Source: the human T2T-CHM13v2.0 reference genome, Homo sapiens
Length of the DNA stretch: 64,000 nucleotides
Strand: one strand, 5' to 3'
NCBI RefSeq assembly: GCF_009914755.1
Contig: NC_060928.1
Numbering within the stretch: position 1 is the stretch's first letter; the number at the start of each line of letters is the position of its first letter. Below are positions 1 through 13,859 of the stretch, in pieces. Both the position numbers and the translations under genes were made by a program. The notes below the pieces were generated by a model. That model ran no database searches. It was not told the origin of the DNA and worked only from the letters and a program-made list of their open reading frames with translations.

Positions 1-949
1 CCCATACCACCACCAAATTATCAAAAACCACTGAGGGAGTTGTGAGTTGGATGAACCTACAACTGGGATACAGTGTTGTAATTTAGTTATGTTCACTAAA
101 TGTTCACTAAAGAGACTTACTTCTCAATTCCAGACCCCACATCTGTTTGTTGGTCAAAGCAACACAAAATTAACTCACAAAGCTTGCTCATTTTTTCATC
201 ATGAGAAATAGGGATAGGGTGATGGAACTGTCATACTGTCCGCCAAGAGTCAAACACTAGAGTATAAATAATTCTGTAAGAAACATAAAATCAGGGAAAC
301 CAATGGGAAGAAGAGAGAGAATACAGATCAAAGGAAAAAAAATAGGGTCTGGTATTGTCCTGGTATCTGCAGAATTTGCAGAAAGAATTTTGTTAAAATG
401 CCTGTAGCATTTGAACTTAAGAAGAAAATATTAATTGCAACAAATCATAAATACCACAATTTGCAGAAACCACATGGAAATACTCAGCTGAGTGTGCTAC
501 GGTTTGCAAACATAAAGTTAAAAACATATTGGTCTTGCTGACTAAGGCCAACACCACAACTATTGAAATACACTGATTTTAATACCTCATTTCACTGTAA
601 TTTTGCAGCAGTAAAATACATTTGTAATTATGTAGCTTCAAGCATTTCTTATGGAAAATTACTTTTCCTTAACATAATGACCTTTTAAGTTGTGGTATTG
701 CTTCACTGTAATTCCAAAACTATTTATACCACTTACAGTTAGTGCCATATGATTTAGAGCTCCTATTTTATGGCCACCTTCTTCATTACTATTTTGTTGT
801 ATAAATATTTCTTTTTTAATATTATTTTTTAAATGCTAGTATAAGTATGGCAAAGGAGAAAGCAAAATTAATATTGTTTTTATTTCTATATATTTTAAAA
901 GGTAAAAAGAACAGAAATTCAGAAAATATTTTTTAAATAAAGAATATTT

Positions 950-1390
950 AGGCAGTTTAAAAATTAATATGTTAAACACCAACACGACATCTTTTCTGTA
1001 TAAAAACAATAATCAGATAAGAATTTTAATGAAAGAAAAAGTCTCATATATGATAGCAACAAAAAAGATGTACTCTCTAGGATAGGTTTAACAGGAAATA
1101 TGCATGATTTATCTGAAAATACATTTTTCTAAAATTCTATTGAGAGACATAAATGAAGTTTTAAGTAATTTAATACTCTTGTATTAGAACTCAATACTGT
1201 GTAAGTTTTAATTCTCATAAAATTCATCTATAAATTCAGTGCAATACCAATTAAAACAATAGATTTCATTGAAAATAAATAGGGAATGATATCCAAAAAA
1301 TTATGAAAATAAAATTTTAAAAAGAACAATGTGTCAGACTAGCTATGGAAGTTTGTCATACAAATATAATAATTAATATGGTTTTCTACT
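950..1390 (+). mobile_element. Ancient L1 (L1M/L1ME) ORF2-region fragment
   Basis: Degenerate A-rich L1 ORF2-like text such as 'aaattcatctataaattcagtgcaataccaattaaaac'; boundaries approximate. Confidence 0.5.
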
Positions 1391-1397
1391 GGATGAG

Positions 1398-1781
1398 TGT
1401 ATCAATCAGGATGGATTAGGATATGCTGTAGTAAAAAAGAGCCTCAACACCTTTGTAGCTACAACAAAGGTTTAGTTTTTTGCTCATTCTACAGTCTATT
1501 GAAGGTCACCTCTGAGCTCTGTCCATAAGTCCTGAGTCTAAGGTTCAGGCTGATGAAACAATATCATCATGAGCACTGCAGATTACCATGGCAGATGAAA
1601 GAGTGTGAAAGCATTTTGCATTAATAATGAAGTGTTCCAATACTTATCACTTCTGTTCACAACTCATTGGTCAGAAATGCTCCCATCTAATTACAAGGGG
1701 GTCTGGGAAATGGAATCTCACCAGGAGCCTGGAAGACAGAGAGCCAGAACTATTTGGTGGTCAACAGTAATGAATAACACA
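1398..1781 (-). mobile_element. Old MaLR solo LTR (MLT1J/K/L-like)
   Basis: TG...CA ends; 'tgtatcaatcaggatggattaggatatgctgtagtaa' and 'cacaactcattggtcagaa' resemble the reverse complement of MLT1 LTRs. Confidence 0.6.
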
Positions 1782-2241
1782 ATCTGATATAAGCAGATCA
1801 AAAAAGCAGGCAGTAGTATCCAAAGACAGGAAATATGAGAATGAAGATTCTTATAATGTTTGAAATACAATATTGAAATTTTGTGTTTGTGTGTGGACGA
1901 GGGGGTTGTGAATGTTTTACAGAAAGCTAATTATTTATTCAAGAAAGATTTACCTTTTTACCTTGCACCCACAATATGATTGGTGCTGTTACAGGTCCCA
2001 AGAATATGCCAGAGAACAAAACAAACAAAAATTCCTGTTCTTACTTGGCTTATTAAAGACACAAATCTGAAGAATACATGATCCTTGCCCTGTGGACTAC
2101 AAGCTGTCCACAAAACTGTGGATGTTAGTGAGAACATGTATAATCTTATTATATACATTTTTAAATCACACGTGCATTACCCTTGCAAGTAGACTGTTTG
2201 GATACTTGTTTTAGTTATTCATTTCCCTTTAGGCTTCATAT

Positions 2242-2754
2242 TACTGGGGCTTGGAATACATATGATACCCCAAAATATGACATTTGGTGATTGAGGAAGC
2301 CACAGAAGCAAGATGCTCACTCTGACCTTTTCCCACCTTTCTGCATGAAGTAGGGTCATAAAGAAATTCTCTGACCTACCTTGTCTGAAAGTACGTCACA
2401 AGATCCTCATTCCAGAGTGGTCCTGCCCCATGTTTTGGGAGGAAAAACATGCCACACAGAGAGGCCAAGAAGAATCTGAACAGACCTTTCTGAGTTTTCT
2501 CTGATTTATTACCGTTAACTCAAACCCTTGTTGTCCAATCATATTTCTCCACAACTATCCTCTTCTTTTGTCAGACTTAGCATAAAAATACACAATTTTC
2601 CTTGGGTCATCATTTCTGAAGATCTGATGCCATGCAAAATTTTGATTAAATACATTTGCTAAGTTTTGCTACTGCTAATCTGTGTTTTGTTACATGGGTG
2701 TCAGCCTTGGTATTTGTGATAAGTGGAGAAAAGTCAGCTCTTTTCTCCCCTATA
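2242..2754 (+). mobile_element. ERV1 solo LTR, MER39/MER34 group
   Basis: 'gataccccaaaatatg' near the 5' end, 'gaggccaagaagaatctgaacagac', ATTAAA followed by 'ctaatctgtgttttgtta'. Confidence 0.65.
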
Positions 2755-3046
2755 ATGTCTAATTTTAGTTTATTCTCATTGAATTATTTCAAAACACTGA
2801 AATTTGTGCCTTTTTTGCTGGTTGACTTTTGCTTTTGAAACCACAGTCTGTATAAAAGTGTTTCTAATTAAATATTTTAATTTCAAAAACTGTTTTTACT
2901 TACATAAAATTATGTATATTAATTGAAACAAACACTAAAGTCAACCAGAAGGAATAACATAATTCCTTGTAATCTACCACCTGTAGATATCGATCTTCAA
3001 TATTTTGATATGTTTTTATTCATGTTATTATATAATAACTAGATAT

Positions 3047-3409
3047 TGAGACAGACAAGTGTAAAGGGGTTTCTGGAAAAATCTCCAACCGGCCTGTGCA
3101 CTGGGAGGAGTGCGTACGGGGTTGGAGCGATGGGAAGTTCATGCCCTTTGCAGCGGGGAGGAGCCTGGCCTCTCTCTCCGTCCTGGGATGGTACCTGGGA
3201 TTTAATTTGTGAGGTGGGAAGTGCACTAGCAAGACTCTGGCTTTGCGGAGGGTCCTTGTTTCCCTTTTTTTCTTTTTAATTTTTTTAACCTTTTTGCCCA
3301 ATAAATTCCATTTTTTTCTCACCCTTCAAAGTGCCTGTGAGTCTAATCTCTCATGGCGATGTGACAAGAACCCAGATTTTAGCTGAACTAAGGAAAACGT
3401 CCTACAACA
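3047..3409 (+). mobile_element. ERV1 solo LTR, MER61-like
   Basis: TG start; 'gcagcggggaggagcctggcc'; AATAAA at about 3300; ends 'tttagctgaactaaggaaaacgtcctacaaca'; flanks atat/ttat are a near 4-bp TSD. Confidence 0.7.
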
Positions 3410-3524
3410 TTATTTTTTTAACTTTGAAATAACCGAATAAATAAACCTATGCATGCCTTTGACCTTAACATCAAGTAAGTTTTATAACCCGTTTGCATTT
3501 TTCCTATATATTTTTTTCCATTAA

Positions 3525-3930
3525 GTTCTTTTATTGAATAGACTGGTGGGGTTTTTTTAAGCAGTTTTAGATTCCAAGTTAAATTGAGCAGAAAATATGA
3601 AGATTTTCTTATACCTGAAACCCCAACATGCACAATTTCCCCTACTATCAAAAACTCCCACCAGAGTGGTACATTTGTTACAACTGATGAACCTACACTG
3701 ACCCATCATTACCACTTAAAAACCATAGTTTTCATTAGCGTTTGCTCTTAGTACTATATATATGATGGGTTTTGACAAACGTATAATGACATGCATCAAC
3801 CATTACAATATCATGCAGCATAGCTTTTCTTCCCCCCAAATCCTTTGTACTCCATTTGTTCATCTCTCCACCTACCAGCACCCCAGGCCTTGGCAGCCAC
3901 TGAATTTTTTACTGTTTCCATAGTTTTGCA
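3525..3930 (-). mobile_element. L1MC-type 3' end fragment
   Basis: 'gtggtacatttgttacaactgatgaacctacactgac' and 'gacaaacgtataatgacatg' match L1MC1/2 3'UTR antisense. Confidence 0.7.
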
Positions 3931-4184
3931 GATTTAATTTGGTGCCTTCTCAATTTATAAGAGTCTGTTGTGATATAGAGCAATCCTTCTCTTCCTGGTA
4001 TAGAGAGGGAAACACATTTACAAATGGAGACTTCATTATAAATACAAATTGCTCTTACAAAAAAGTAACTTACACTCTGTTTACAAAGCCTCTCCTGTGT
4101 ATGCTATTTCACAAAATTATCAGCTCAAATTAATCCTTCTGCCAGAGAGGCATATTTTGGGGTGACATATTCTAGTCTCCCACA
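3931..4184 (-). mobile_element. MER34-group LTR fragment
   Basis: 'gccagagaggcatattttggggtgacatattctagtctcccaca' is the reverse complement of a MER34-type LTR start. Confidence 0.6.
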
Positions 4185-4347
4185 GTATATTTATCTGGTC
4201 TCCTATAATATATTTATGTATATTTCTGGACTTTCTGTTCTGTTACATTGGTCTATTTTTCAATTCTTTCACCAATACCATGCTCTCTTCATCACCATAG
4301 TTTTATACTAAGTCTAGAAAGCAATTAACTTGTGTATTTTAATCTTG

Positions 4348-7300
4348 TGTTATGTTATGTGTCCCTCAAAAGTTCATGTATTGGAAACTTAATTGCCATT
4401 TTAACAGTATTAAGAGGTGTGGGCTTTATGAAGTAACTAGGCCATGGGGGTCCACTCCTTATAAATGGAATAATGCCTCTATTGCAGGAGTTGATTAGTT
4501 ATCCTAGGAGTGCATTCCTGATAAAAACATAGTTTGGCTCCATCTTCTTTTTCTGTCTCTCATGAGCTCACTTCTGCCTTTCATCTTCTGCCATAGAATG
4601 ACCTTTGACAGATGCCAGAACCGTGGTGTTGAACTTCCTAGTCTCCAAAATCATGAGCCAAATAAACTTCTATTATTTGAGAATTACTCAGTTTTTGGTA
4701 TTCAGTTACATCAGCAGTAAATGGACGAAGACAGAAAATTGGTATCAAGTGTGAGGTTGTTGCTGTAACAGATAACCTGAAAATATGGAAGTGGCTTTGG
4801 AATTAGGTAAGAGGTAGAGGTTGGAAGGATTGGAAGGAGTGGGCTAGAAAAAGCCTGTATTGTCATAAATGATGCATTAGGTGAAAGTCTGGTAAGTACT
4901 CTGAAGACAGGAAATTCTTAAACTTCTTAAAAGTTACTTAAATAGTCATGACCAGAATGCTACTAAAAGTCTAGAGAGTAAAGCTCATTCTGATGAAGGC
5001 TCAAATGAAACAGGAACAATAAATTAGAATTGGATTAAAGACCATTCTTGTTATGAAGTAGCACAAAATAGCTCAATTTTTTTTTCATGCCGAAGAACTT
5101 TCTGGAATGCAGAACTTAAGCGGGATGAACTAGGATACTTGGAAGAAATATCTAGGCAGCAAAGCATTCAGACTGCCATATGCTTACTTTTAACTATATG
5201 CAATGAGATGCAAGAGGAAAGGATTGACTTAAAGATAGAATTTATAATTAAAAGGAAAGCAGAGTGGAAAGACATTGAAAATTTGAAGTCTGGTCATGTA
5301 AAAAGTGGAAAGGTGTGTTCAGGAGACAATACTAAGTGTGTGGCCAAGCAACCAATTGCTAAATATAATGTCATGGATACAAATAAGCCAGGTGCTATTT
5401 TTCAAGACAATGAAACAAAGACCCTGAAGGCATTTCAGAGATATTCAAGTCTTCCCTTCTCATAAGAGACCAGAGCTCTAGGAGTATAGAATGTTCTGGG
5501 AAGAACAGCCTAAAGTGCCTATCATGGACTCACTATCTAGGGCTGTCTACAGACTGCTCCCCACTTTCTGATATAGTGCTGCCTGGCCACCCCAGCCATG
5601 GCTTAAGCAGACCCAGGTGTGACTCAACCCACCACTCTGGAAGGTACAAGCTATAAATTTTGGCAGCATCAACTTGATGCTAACTCTGCAGACTCACACA
5701 ATGCAACTGTGGGGCCATAGCTTGCTCCACCTAGATTTCAAAGGATGATGTGGACAGCCTGGGGGTCCAGGCAGACACTTGCCATGGGGTGAAGCCACCA
5801 TAGAAAGCTCCAACTAGGGCAATGATAAACAGAAATGTTAAGTTGGAGCTTCCACAGGGTTCCCACCAGGGCAATGCCTGGTGGAGCCATGGGAGAGGGA
5901 CTGTCACTGAGACCACAGGATATTAAAACTACCAGCATGCAATGCCATCATGGGAGACTTGAAGCATGAGCTGAGTTCAGCAAAGCCATGGGAGAGGTGC
6001 TCTTTCCTAGGGCTTTGGGAGCCCAAACATTGTCCCAAATTATCCAGGAAGTGGGATATAGAGTCAAGGAAGATTATTAGAGCATTAAAAATTTAATATT
6101 TGCCCTCTTGAGTTTTGGATTTACTTAGGACTAGTTACCTGCCCTTTTTTTTTTCTTACCTATTCTCTCTTTTGGAATGGGAATGTCTGTCCTGTCTGTT
6201 CACCACTGTATTTTAAAATAGATAATTTGTTTTGATTTCACAGGCTCCCAGCTTGAGGGAATTTGCCACAGGATGAATCATGCCTTGAATCTCACCCATA
6301 CCTCATTCAGTTGAAACCCTGGGCTTTGAACTTTTGAATTGATGCTGAATGAGTTGTGACTTTTGGGGCTATTGAAATGGAATAAATGTATTTTGTATTT
6401 AAAGAGGACATGAGTACTGGGGGTCAGGGGTGGAATACTATGGTTTGAATGTGTACTCTAAAAGTTCATATGTTGGAAACATAATTGCTTTTGTAAAAGC
6501 ACTAAGAAATGGGGCATTTAAGAAGTGATTAGGCCATGATGTCCCTGCCCTTATGACGGGATTAACTACTATACGTTAATGCAGAAGAGGGCTCCTGATA
6601 AAAGAATGAGTTTGTTCCCATTTTCTCTCTCTATCTCATGTGCTCACTTTTACCTTCTCCTCTTCTGCCACAGGATAATGCAAAACAAAACAGAAAAGGC
6701 CCTAGAAAGATGCTGGCACCTTGATATTGGACTTCTCAGCCTCCAGAACTGTGATAAATTATTTTTTTTATTCATAGATTACCCAGTCCGAGGTATTGTA
6801 TTAGTCTGTTCTCACACTGCTAATAAAGATATACCCAAGACTGGGTAATTTATAAAGGAAAGGGGTTTAACTGACTCACAGTTCCACATGGCTGGGGAGG
6901 CCTCACAATCAAGGTAGAAGGCAAATGAAGAGCAAAGTCATGTCTTACATGGCAGCAGGCAGGAGAACTTGGGCAGGGGAACTCCCATTTATAAAACCAT
7001 CAGATCTCATGAGACTTATTCACTACCATGAAAGCAGTATGAGGAAAACCACCCCCATGATTCAATTATCTTCACCTGGCCCCACCTTTGACATGTGGGG
7101 ATTATTACAATTCAAGTTGAGATTTGGGTGGGGACACAGCCAAACCATATTATTCACCTCAGCCCCTCCCAAATCTCATGTCCTCACATTTTAAAACACA
7201 ATCATGCCCTTCCAGCAGTTCCTCCAAGTCTCAATTTATTCTAGCATTCACTCAAATGTCCAAGTCCAAAGTCTTATCTGAGACAAGGCAAGTCTCTTCT

Positions 7301-9177
7301 GCCTATGAGCCTGTAAAATCAAAAGCAAGTTGGTTACCTCCTAGATACAATGGGGGTACAGGCTTTGAGTAAATACACCCATTCGAAATGGGAGAAATTG
7401 GCCAAAATGAAAGGGCTACAGGCCCCATGAAAGTCTGAAATCCAGCAGGGCAGTCAAATCTTGAAAGCTCCAAAATTATCTCCTTTGACTCCATGTCTCA
7501 CATCCAGGTCACAGTGATGCAAGAGGTGGGCTCCCATTGCCTTAGGGAGCTCTGCCCTTGTGGCTTTGCAGGGTACAGCTCCCTTATGGCTGCTTTCATG
7601 GGCTGGCATTGGGTGTCTGAGGCTTTTTTAGGTGCACAGTGCAAGCTTTTGGTGGATCTACAATTCTGGTATCTGGAGGACCATGGCCGTCTTCTCACAG
7701 ATCCATTAGGCAGCACCCCAGTGAGGACTCTCAGTGGGGGCTCCCACCGCACATTTTCCTTCCACACTGCCCTAGCAGAAGTTCTCCATGAGGGCTCTGC
7801 CCCTGCAGCTCAGCTCTGCCTGGACATCCAGGCTTATCTATACATCCTCTGAAATGTAGAAGAGATTCCCAAACCTCAATTCTTGACTTCTATGCACCTG
7901 CAGACCCAACACACATGGAAGCTGCCAAGGCATGGGGCTTGCACCCCCCCCTCTGAATCCATGGCCTGAACTGTACCTTGGTCCCTTTTAATCATGGCTG
8001 GTGTGGCTGACACACAGGGCACCAAATCCTCAGGCTGCACACAGCAGGGTCGGGGGTGGGGGGGCCAGGTTGCGGGGCTGGGACCGGCACACAAAACCAT
8101 TTTTTCCTCCTAGGTCTCCAGTCATGTGATGAAAGGGACTGCTGTGAAGACCTCTGACATGCCCTAGAGACATATTTTCTCATTGTCTTGGCGATTAACA
8201 TTTGGCTCCTTGTTACTTATGCAAATTTATGCAACTGGCTTTAATTTATCCTCAGAAAATGCGTTTTTCTTTTCTATCACATTACCAGGCTGCAAATTTT
8301 ATAAACTTTTATGCTCTGCTTCCCTTTTCAACATAAGTTCCAATTCCAAATCATATCTTTGTGAATACATAAAACCAAATGCTTTTAATAGCACTCAAGT
8401 CACCTCTTGAATGCTTTACTGCTTAACAGTTTTTTTTCTGCCAGATGCCCTAAATCATCTCTCTCAAGTTCAAAGTTTCACAGATTTCTAGGGAAGGGAA
8501 CAACTAATACCAGTCTCTTTGCTAAGACATAGCAAGAGTCACCTTTATTCCAGTTCCCAATAAGTTTCTCATCTCCGTCTGTGAAAATGTCAACCTGGAT
8601 TTCATTGTCCATATTACTATCAGCATTTTAGTAAAAGCCACTCAACAAATTTCTAGGAAGTTCCACTTTTCCACATCTTCCTGTCCTCTTCTGAGCCCTC
8701 CAAACTGTTCCAACCTTTGCCTGTTACTCAGTTCCAAAGTTGCTTCCACATTTTCAGGCATCTTTACAGCAGTACCCCATTTACTACATTAGTCTGTTCT
8801 CACACTGCTTATAAAGACATACCCAAAACTGGGCAATTTTTAAAGGACAGGGGTTTAATTGCTTCACAGTTTTAGATAGCTGGGGAGGCCTGACAATCAT
8901 AGTGGAAGGTGAATGAGGAGCAAACTCATGTCTTATATGATGGCAGGCAAGAGAGCTTGTGCAGGGGAATGCCCATTTATAAAACCATCAGATCTCATGA
9001 GACTTATTCACTACCATGAGAATGATACGGGGAAAAGTACCCCCATGATTCCATCATGTCCACCTGGTCCCACCCTTGACATGTGGCAATTATTACAATT
9101 CAAGTTGAGATTTGGGTGGGGACACAGCCAAACCATATTGGATATTTTGTTATTGCAGCAGAAAATGAACTAAGACA
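4348..9177 (+). mobile_element. Full-length MaLR element, MSTC/MSTD-like (5' LTR 4348-4733; internal 4734-6435; 3' LTR 6436-6796 plus 9146-9177, split by THE1)
   Basis: Two related LTRs both ending 'aagaca'; 'gaaaattggta' after the 5' LTR; purine tract before the 3' LTR; MaLR ORF remnant EEISRQQSIQ (ORF 5139-5465); flanks tcttg/ctttg within L1 ORF2-like sequence. Confidence 0.85.
6797..9140 (-). mobile_element. Full-length THE1 (THE1C/D-like) MaLR: 3' LTR 6797-7152, internal 7153-8784, 5' LTR 8785-9140
   Basis: Two similar ~355-bp LTRs ('ttagtctgttctcacactgct...gagatttgggtggggacacagccaaaccatat'), ~1.6-kb THE1 internal region, TSD ggtat/gatat. Confidence 0.92.
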
Positions 9178-9529
9178 CTTTGCATCCTGCACCCTTGCTA
9201 TAATTATTTATTAATTTCAGATGTCATAGATTTTTTTTTAATTTGTGTTTTATTTTCTTGGTTTTCTCAAAATTACTAGATCTGACTATTGCTTTCATTT
9301 AAAATTTGATACTAGGGATGTTTTAAAAATCATATTAGATATTCTAATTTACTAATTTCTGTTTTCATCTTTAAAAACACATTTTTCTTCCATTTTGCTT
9401 CCTTATGTTTGTTTTGTTAATTTTACCTAAACTTTGCTTTGAATAACTACTTCATATATTTCCATTTTTCTTTCTTTAATCACAAAAGTCTTTGTGCTAC
9501 TAAATTTGACACTGAGTACACCTTTAGGC

Positions 9530-10515
<986 letters not shown>

Positions 10516-10911
10516 ATATGTATCTTATGCCTAGAGTATAATAGGTGACAGGCTATTAAGTCATATGGCTGAAGAATTTACTTGCTCTGAAACACTGGGC
10601 ATGTAAAATGAGAACAATGATAGTATCTTCCATGCAAGATAGTTGTAATGGTTAAATGAAATAATCAATGAAAAAGAATTCATAAGCATTTATTTTCCAT
10701 TATTTTTATTTTAATTTTTAAATTATTTAATATTTTTATTTTTTATAATTTTAATAAAACAAAAAAGTATTTTACTTTTACTAATATTTATATATATTTG
10801 GAGATATATTTTTGAATACATATTTATTTAGGTTCAAAATGTAAGAGGCCTCTGTTAAAACATATTTATAAATTATTTTATTGAAATTATCTGTCTTTAT
10901 TTTTCTTTTCT

Positions 10912-11223
10912 TTCTTTCTTTTTTTTGAGACGGAGTCTTTTTTTTTTTGGCTCTGTTGCCAGGCTGGAGCGCAGTAGCTCCATCTCGGCCACTGCATCCT
11001 CCGTCTCCCATGTTCAAGCAATTCTCCTGCCTCAAGCTCCCAAGTAGCTGGGACCACAGGCGGGCACCACCATGCTCAGCTAATTTTTGTATTTTTAGTA
11101 GAGATGGGGTTTCACCATACTGGTAAGAATGGTCTTGATCTCTTGACCTCATGATCCACCCACCTCGGCCTCCACTTTCGGATTACACTTTGGGATTACA
11201 GGCATGAGCCACTGTGCCCGGCC
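10912..11223 (-). mobile_element. AluS (AluSc-like)
   Basis: Full dimer; TSD tatttttcttttct / tatttttattttct. Confidence 0.93.
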
Positions 11224-11429
11224 TATTTTTATTTTCTAATCTGAAAGTAAGTGAGAGAGTATAGAGATAGCTTATATAAACTAAACTATCTTTAAGGTAT
11301 GAATTTCTTCCAGTTCAATCATGGTATTTTCAACATTTTTTTTTCATATTTATATGCTATGTAATTTATAAGACATATTTATGACTTACAGTTTCATTAT
11401 GGAGTAGGGAACTCATTATTGTATGAAGC

Positions 11430-11575
11430 ATAGCCAGGTCCATTTGTTTACATATTAACTATGTCTGCTTTCACATTACAATGCCAAAGTTTGGTAGTTA
11501 AAAAAGGCAACTGTCCACAAGACCTAAAATATTTACTTTCTTTGCCTTCACAGGACATATGTTTGCCTATCCTGT
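11430..11575. mobile_element. MER58-type hAT-Charlie DNA transposon fragment
   Basis: 'catttgtttacatatt...ctgctttcacattacaatg...cctaaaatatttact' follows MER58 consensus. Confidence 0.65.
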
Positions 11576-12517
11576 ATTTAGGCTTTTGGAGACATTAAAT
11601 ATTTAGCATTTTCTGTGTGACATATTGTATTTTTTATCTTTCTTAACTAGGATAGCCTGCTTTAGTTCTGGGGTAAAATTTGTAGGCTTAGATGAAGCCT
11701 GGAATGGTAAGAGACAAAGTAGAGGTTCACAGAAAGGCAGTTAGAATAAAAAGGCCACCATGTTCATAACTATTTCTCACAAAGCTCCAGGTAGCAATGG
11801 CCTCACTTATGCAATATGTGGGACTAATATATGTATCAGGAAAGGGGTAGCTGGTCTTTTTCGTTCAGATAATCTTCTCAGGAATATAAGGCCTCTCAAC
11901 ATATTTTAGAAAGAGGTATTTATCCTGTTAGAGGGATTTCATAGTGTTGTTTTTCAAGACAAGTTGAGAGAAGGGGAACCATTGATAGAATTTTTAAAAT
12001 TAATTTTAAATTTCATAGAAATTTAAGGATAATTTTAAGTTATAAGCTACAATGCTATAAAAATTGACAAAAAATGATGAACAGGCCAATCAAACTACTG
12101 TTTTGGGCTCCCCCACAAAAAAAATTGAAGATTTTCTGAGATAGGTTCCCATTTTGATGATGTTTTTCTCTTTCTACCAAAATGCTGATTTTGAAATATC
12201 ACCAGTCTTGTATCTCCATTTATTTAAAGAGGCTTTGAAAGATTTTTTTTAAATGTCAAGAAAGAGTTGATTAGAAATAACTAATTTACAAAATAAATAT
12301 ATAGAGCATAGCAATTTCAAGATACTCTGGGACATGACATTCAATTAAAGAAACATAAATAATCAAATAACCACAGAGTCAAGCAACATGAACTTAAAGA
12401 ACGAAACATAATATTTACTAGAGAAAAAAAATGCTTCTTGTAACCTAGTTGTTTAAAATCTGTATGCAAACTCCAAGCACTTATTATCTCAGATCATTTG
12501 GGCACTTAATCATATAC

Positions 12518-13592
12518 TATCGGGGGAACCAGCCCCCAGTATTTCACCGTAGGTCCTTTCTATTTTCCCTAAGTGTCGGCCAGTCTGAGAAATAAAGAGA
12601 AAGTGTACAAAGAGAGAAATTTTACAGCTGGGCCTCTGGGGGTGACATCACATATTGGCAGATTCCATGATGCCCCTTGAGCCACAAAACCAGCAAGTTT
12701 TCATTAGGGATTTCAAAAGGGGAGGGAGGTACGAACAGGAAGTAAGTCACAAAGATCACATGCTACAAAGGGCAATAAAAGATCACAAGGGCAGAGCAAG
12801 ATCACAAGGTGAGGGTGAAATTAGAATTACTGATGAGGTTCCATGTCCCACTGGGAATGCATTGTCATTGATAAGCATCTTAACAGGAAACAGTGTTCGA
12901 GAGCAGATAACCGTTCTGACTAGAATTCACCAGGCTGGAATTTCCTAATCCTAGCAAGCCTTAGGGCACTGCAGAAGACCAGGGTGTATTTCATCCCTTA
13001 TGTTCAACTGCATAAGGCAGACACTCCCAGAGCGGCCTTCCATAGGCCTACCCCTGGGAATGCATTCCTTTCCCAGGTTTATTCCTTGCTGGGAAAAGAA
13101 TTCAGTGATATTTCTCCTGTTTGCTTTCTGCAATAAGAAAAGTATGACTCTGTTCTGCCCGGCCCCGCAGGCGGTCAGACCTTATGGTTATCTCCCTTGT
13201 TCCCTGAAAATCACTGTTATCCTGTCCCTTTTTAGGGTGCCCAGATTTCATATTGTTCAAACACACATGTTTTTACAAACAATTTGTACAGATAATGCAA
13301 TCATCACAGGGTCCTGAGGCAACATACATCCTCAGTTTAAGAAGATGATGGGATTAAGAGATTAAAGTAAAGACAGGCATAGGAAATTATAAGAGTATTG
13401 ATTGAGGAAGTGGTAAATGTCCATGAAATCTTCACAATTTATGTTCAGAGATTGCAGTAAAGACAGGCGTAAGAAATTATAAAAGTATTAATTTGGGGAA
13501 CAAATAAATGTCCATGAAATCTTCACAATTTATGTTCTTCCACCACGGCTTCAGCCAGTCCCTCCTTTCGGGGTCCCTGCCTTCCCACAACA
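12518..13592 (-). mobile_element. MER11 (B/C-like) solo LTR of HERV-K11/HML-8
   Basis: Termini 'tatcgggggaaccagcccc' and 'ggggtccctgccttcccacaaca'; ~1.07 kb; 6-bp TSD atatac/atatcc. Confidence 0.92.
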
Positions 13593-13859
13593 ATATCCAG
13601 TCTTATTGCATTATTGATCTGCCATGGTCCCTGCAGTCTAACTCCTGGATCATTAATTATTGATGAGTGAATATCTTGCTTTAAGAGCTAGATTCAAATT
13701 CCTTAAGACAAGAGATCAAGATCTTTATATGCACAAATTCTCTACTCATGAAATGTAATTGAACATGAAATAGAAACTAGGAGACCTGATATTTTTCCGG
13801 ATACTCGTTATAGTCCTTTGTACTTGTTTAAGTCATATAAGCTGTCTGTGCTGGTTTAC

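Noticed and set aside
3047-3409. p53 response element in the MER61-like LTR
   Set aside because: No paired RRRCWWGYYY half-sites visible in this copy
5139-9173. ORF cluster, including two similar ORFs (6925-7194 and 8913-9173), as a gene family
   Set aside because: All lie within MaLR sequence; the similar pair are antisense readings of the two THE1 LTRs
13365-13540. ~87-bp tandem duplication in MER11
   Set aside because: As I recall it is part of the MER11B/C consensus, not locus-specific
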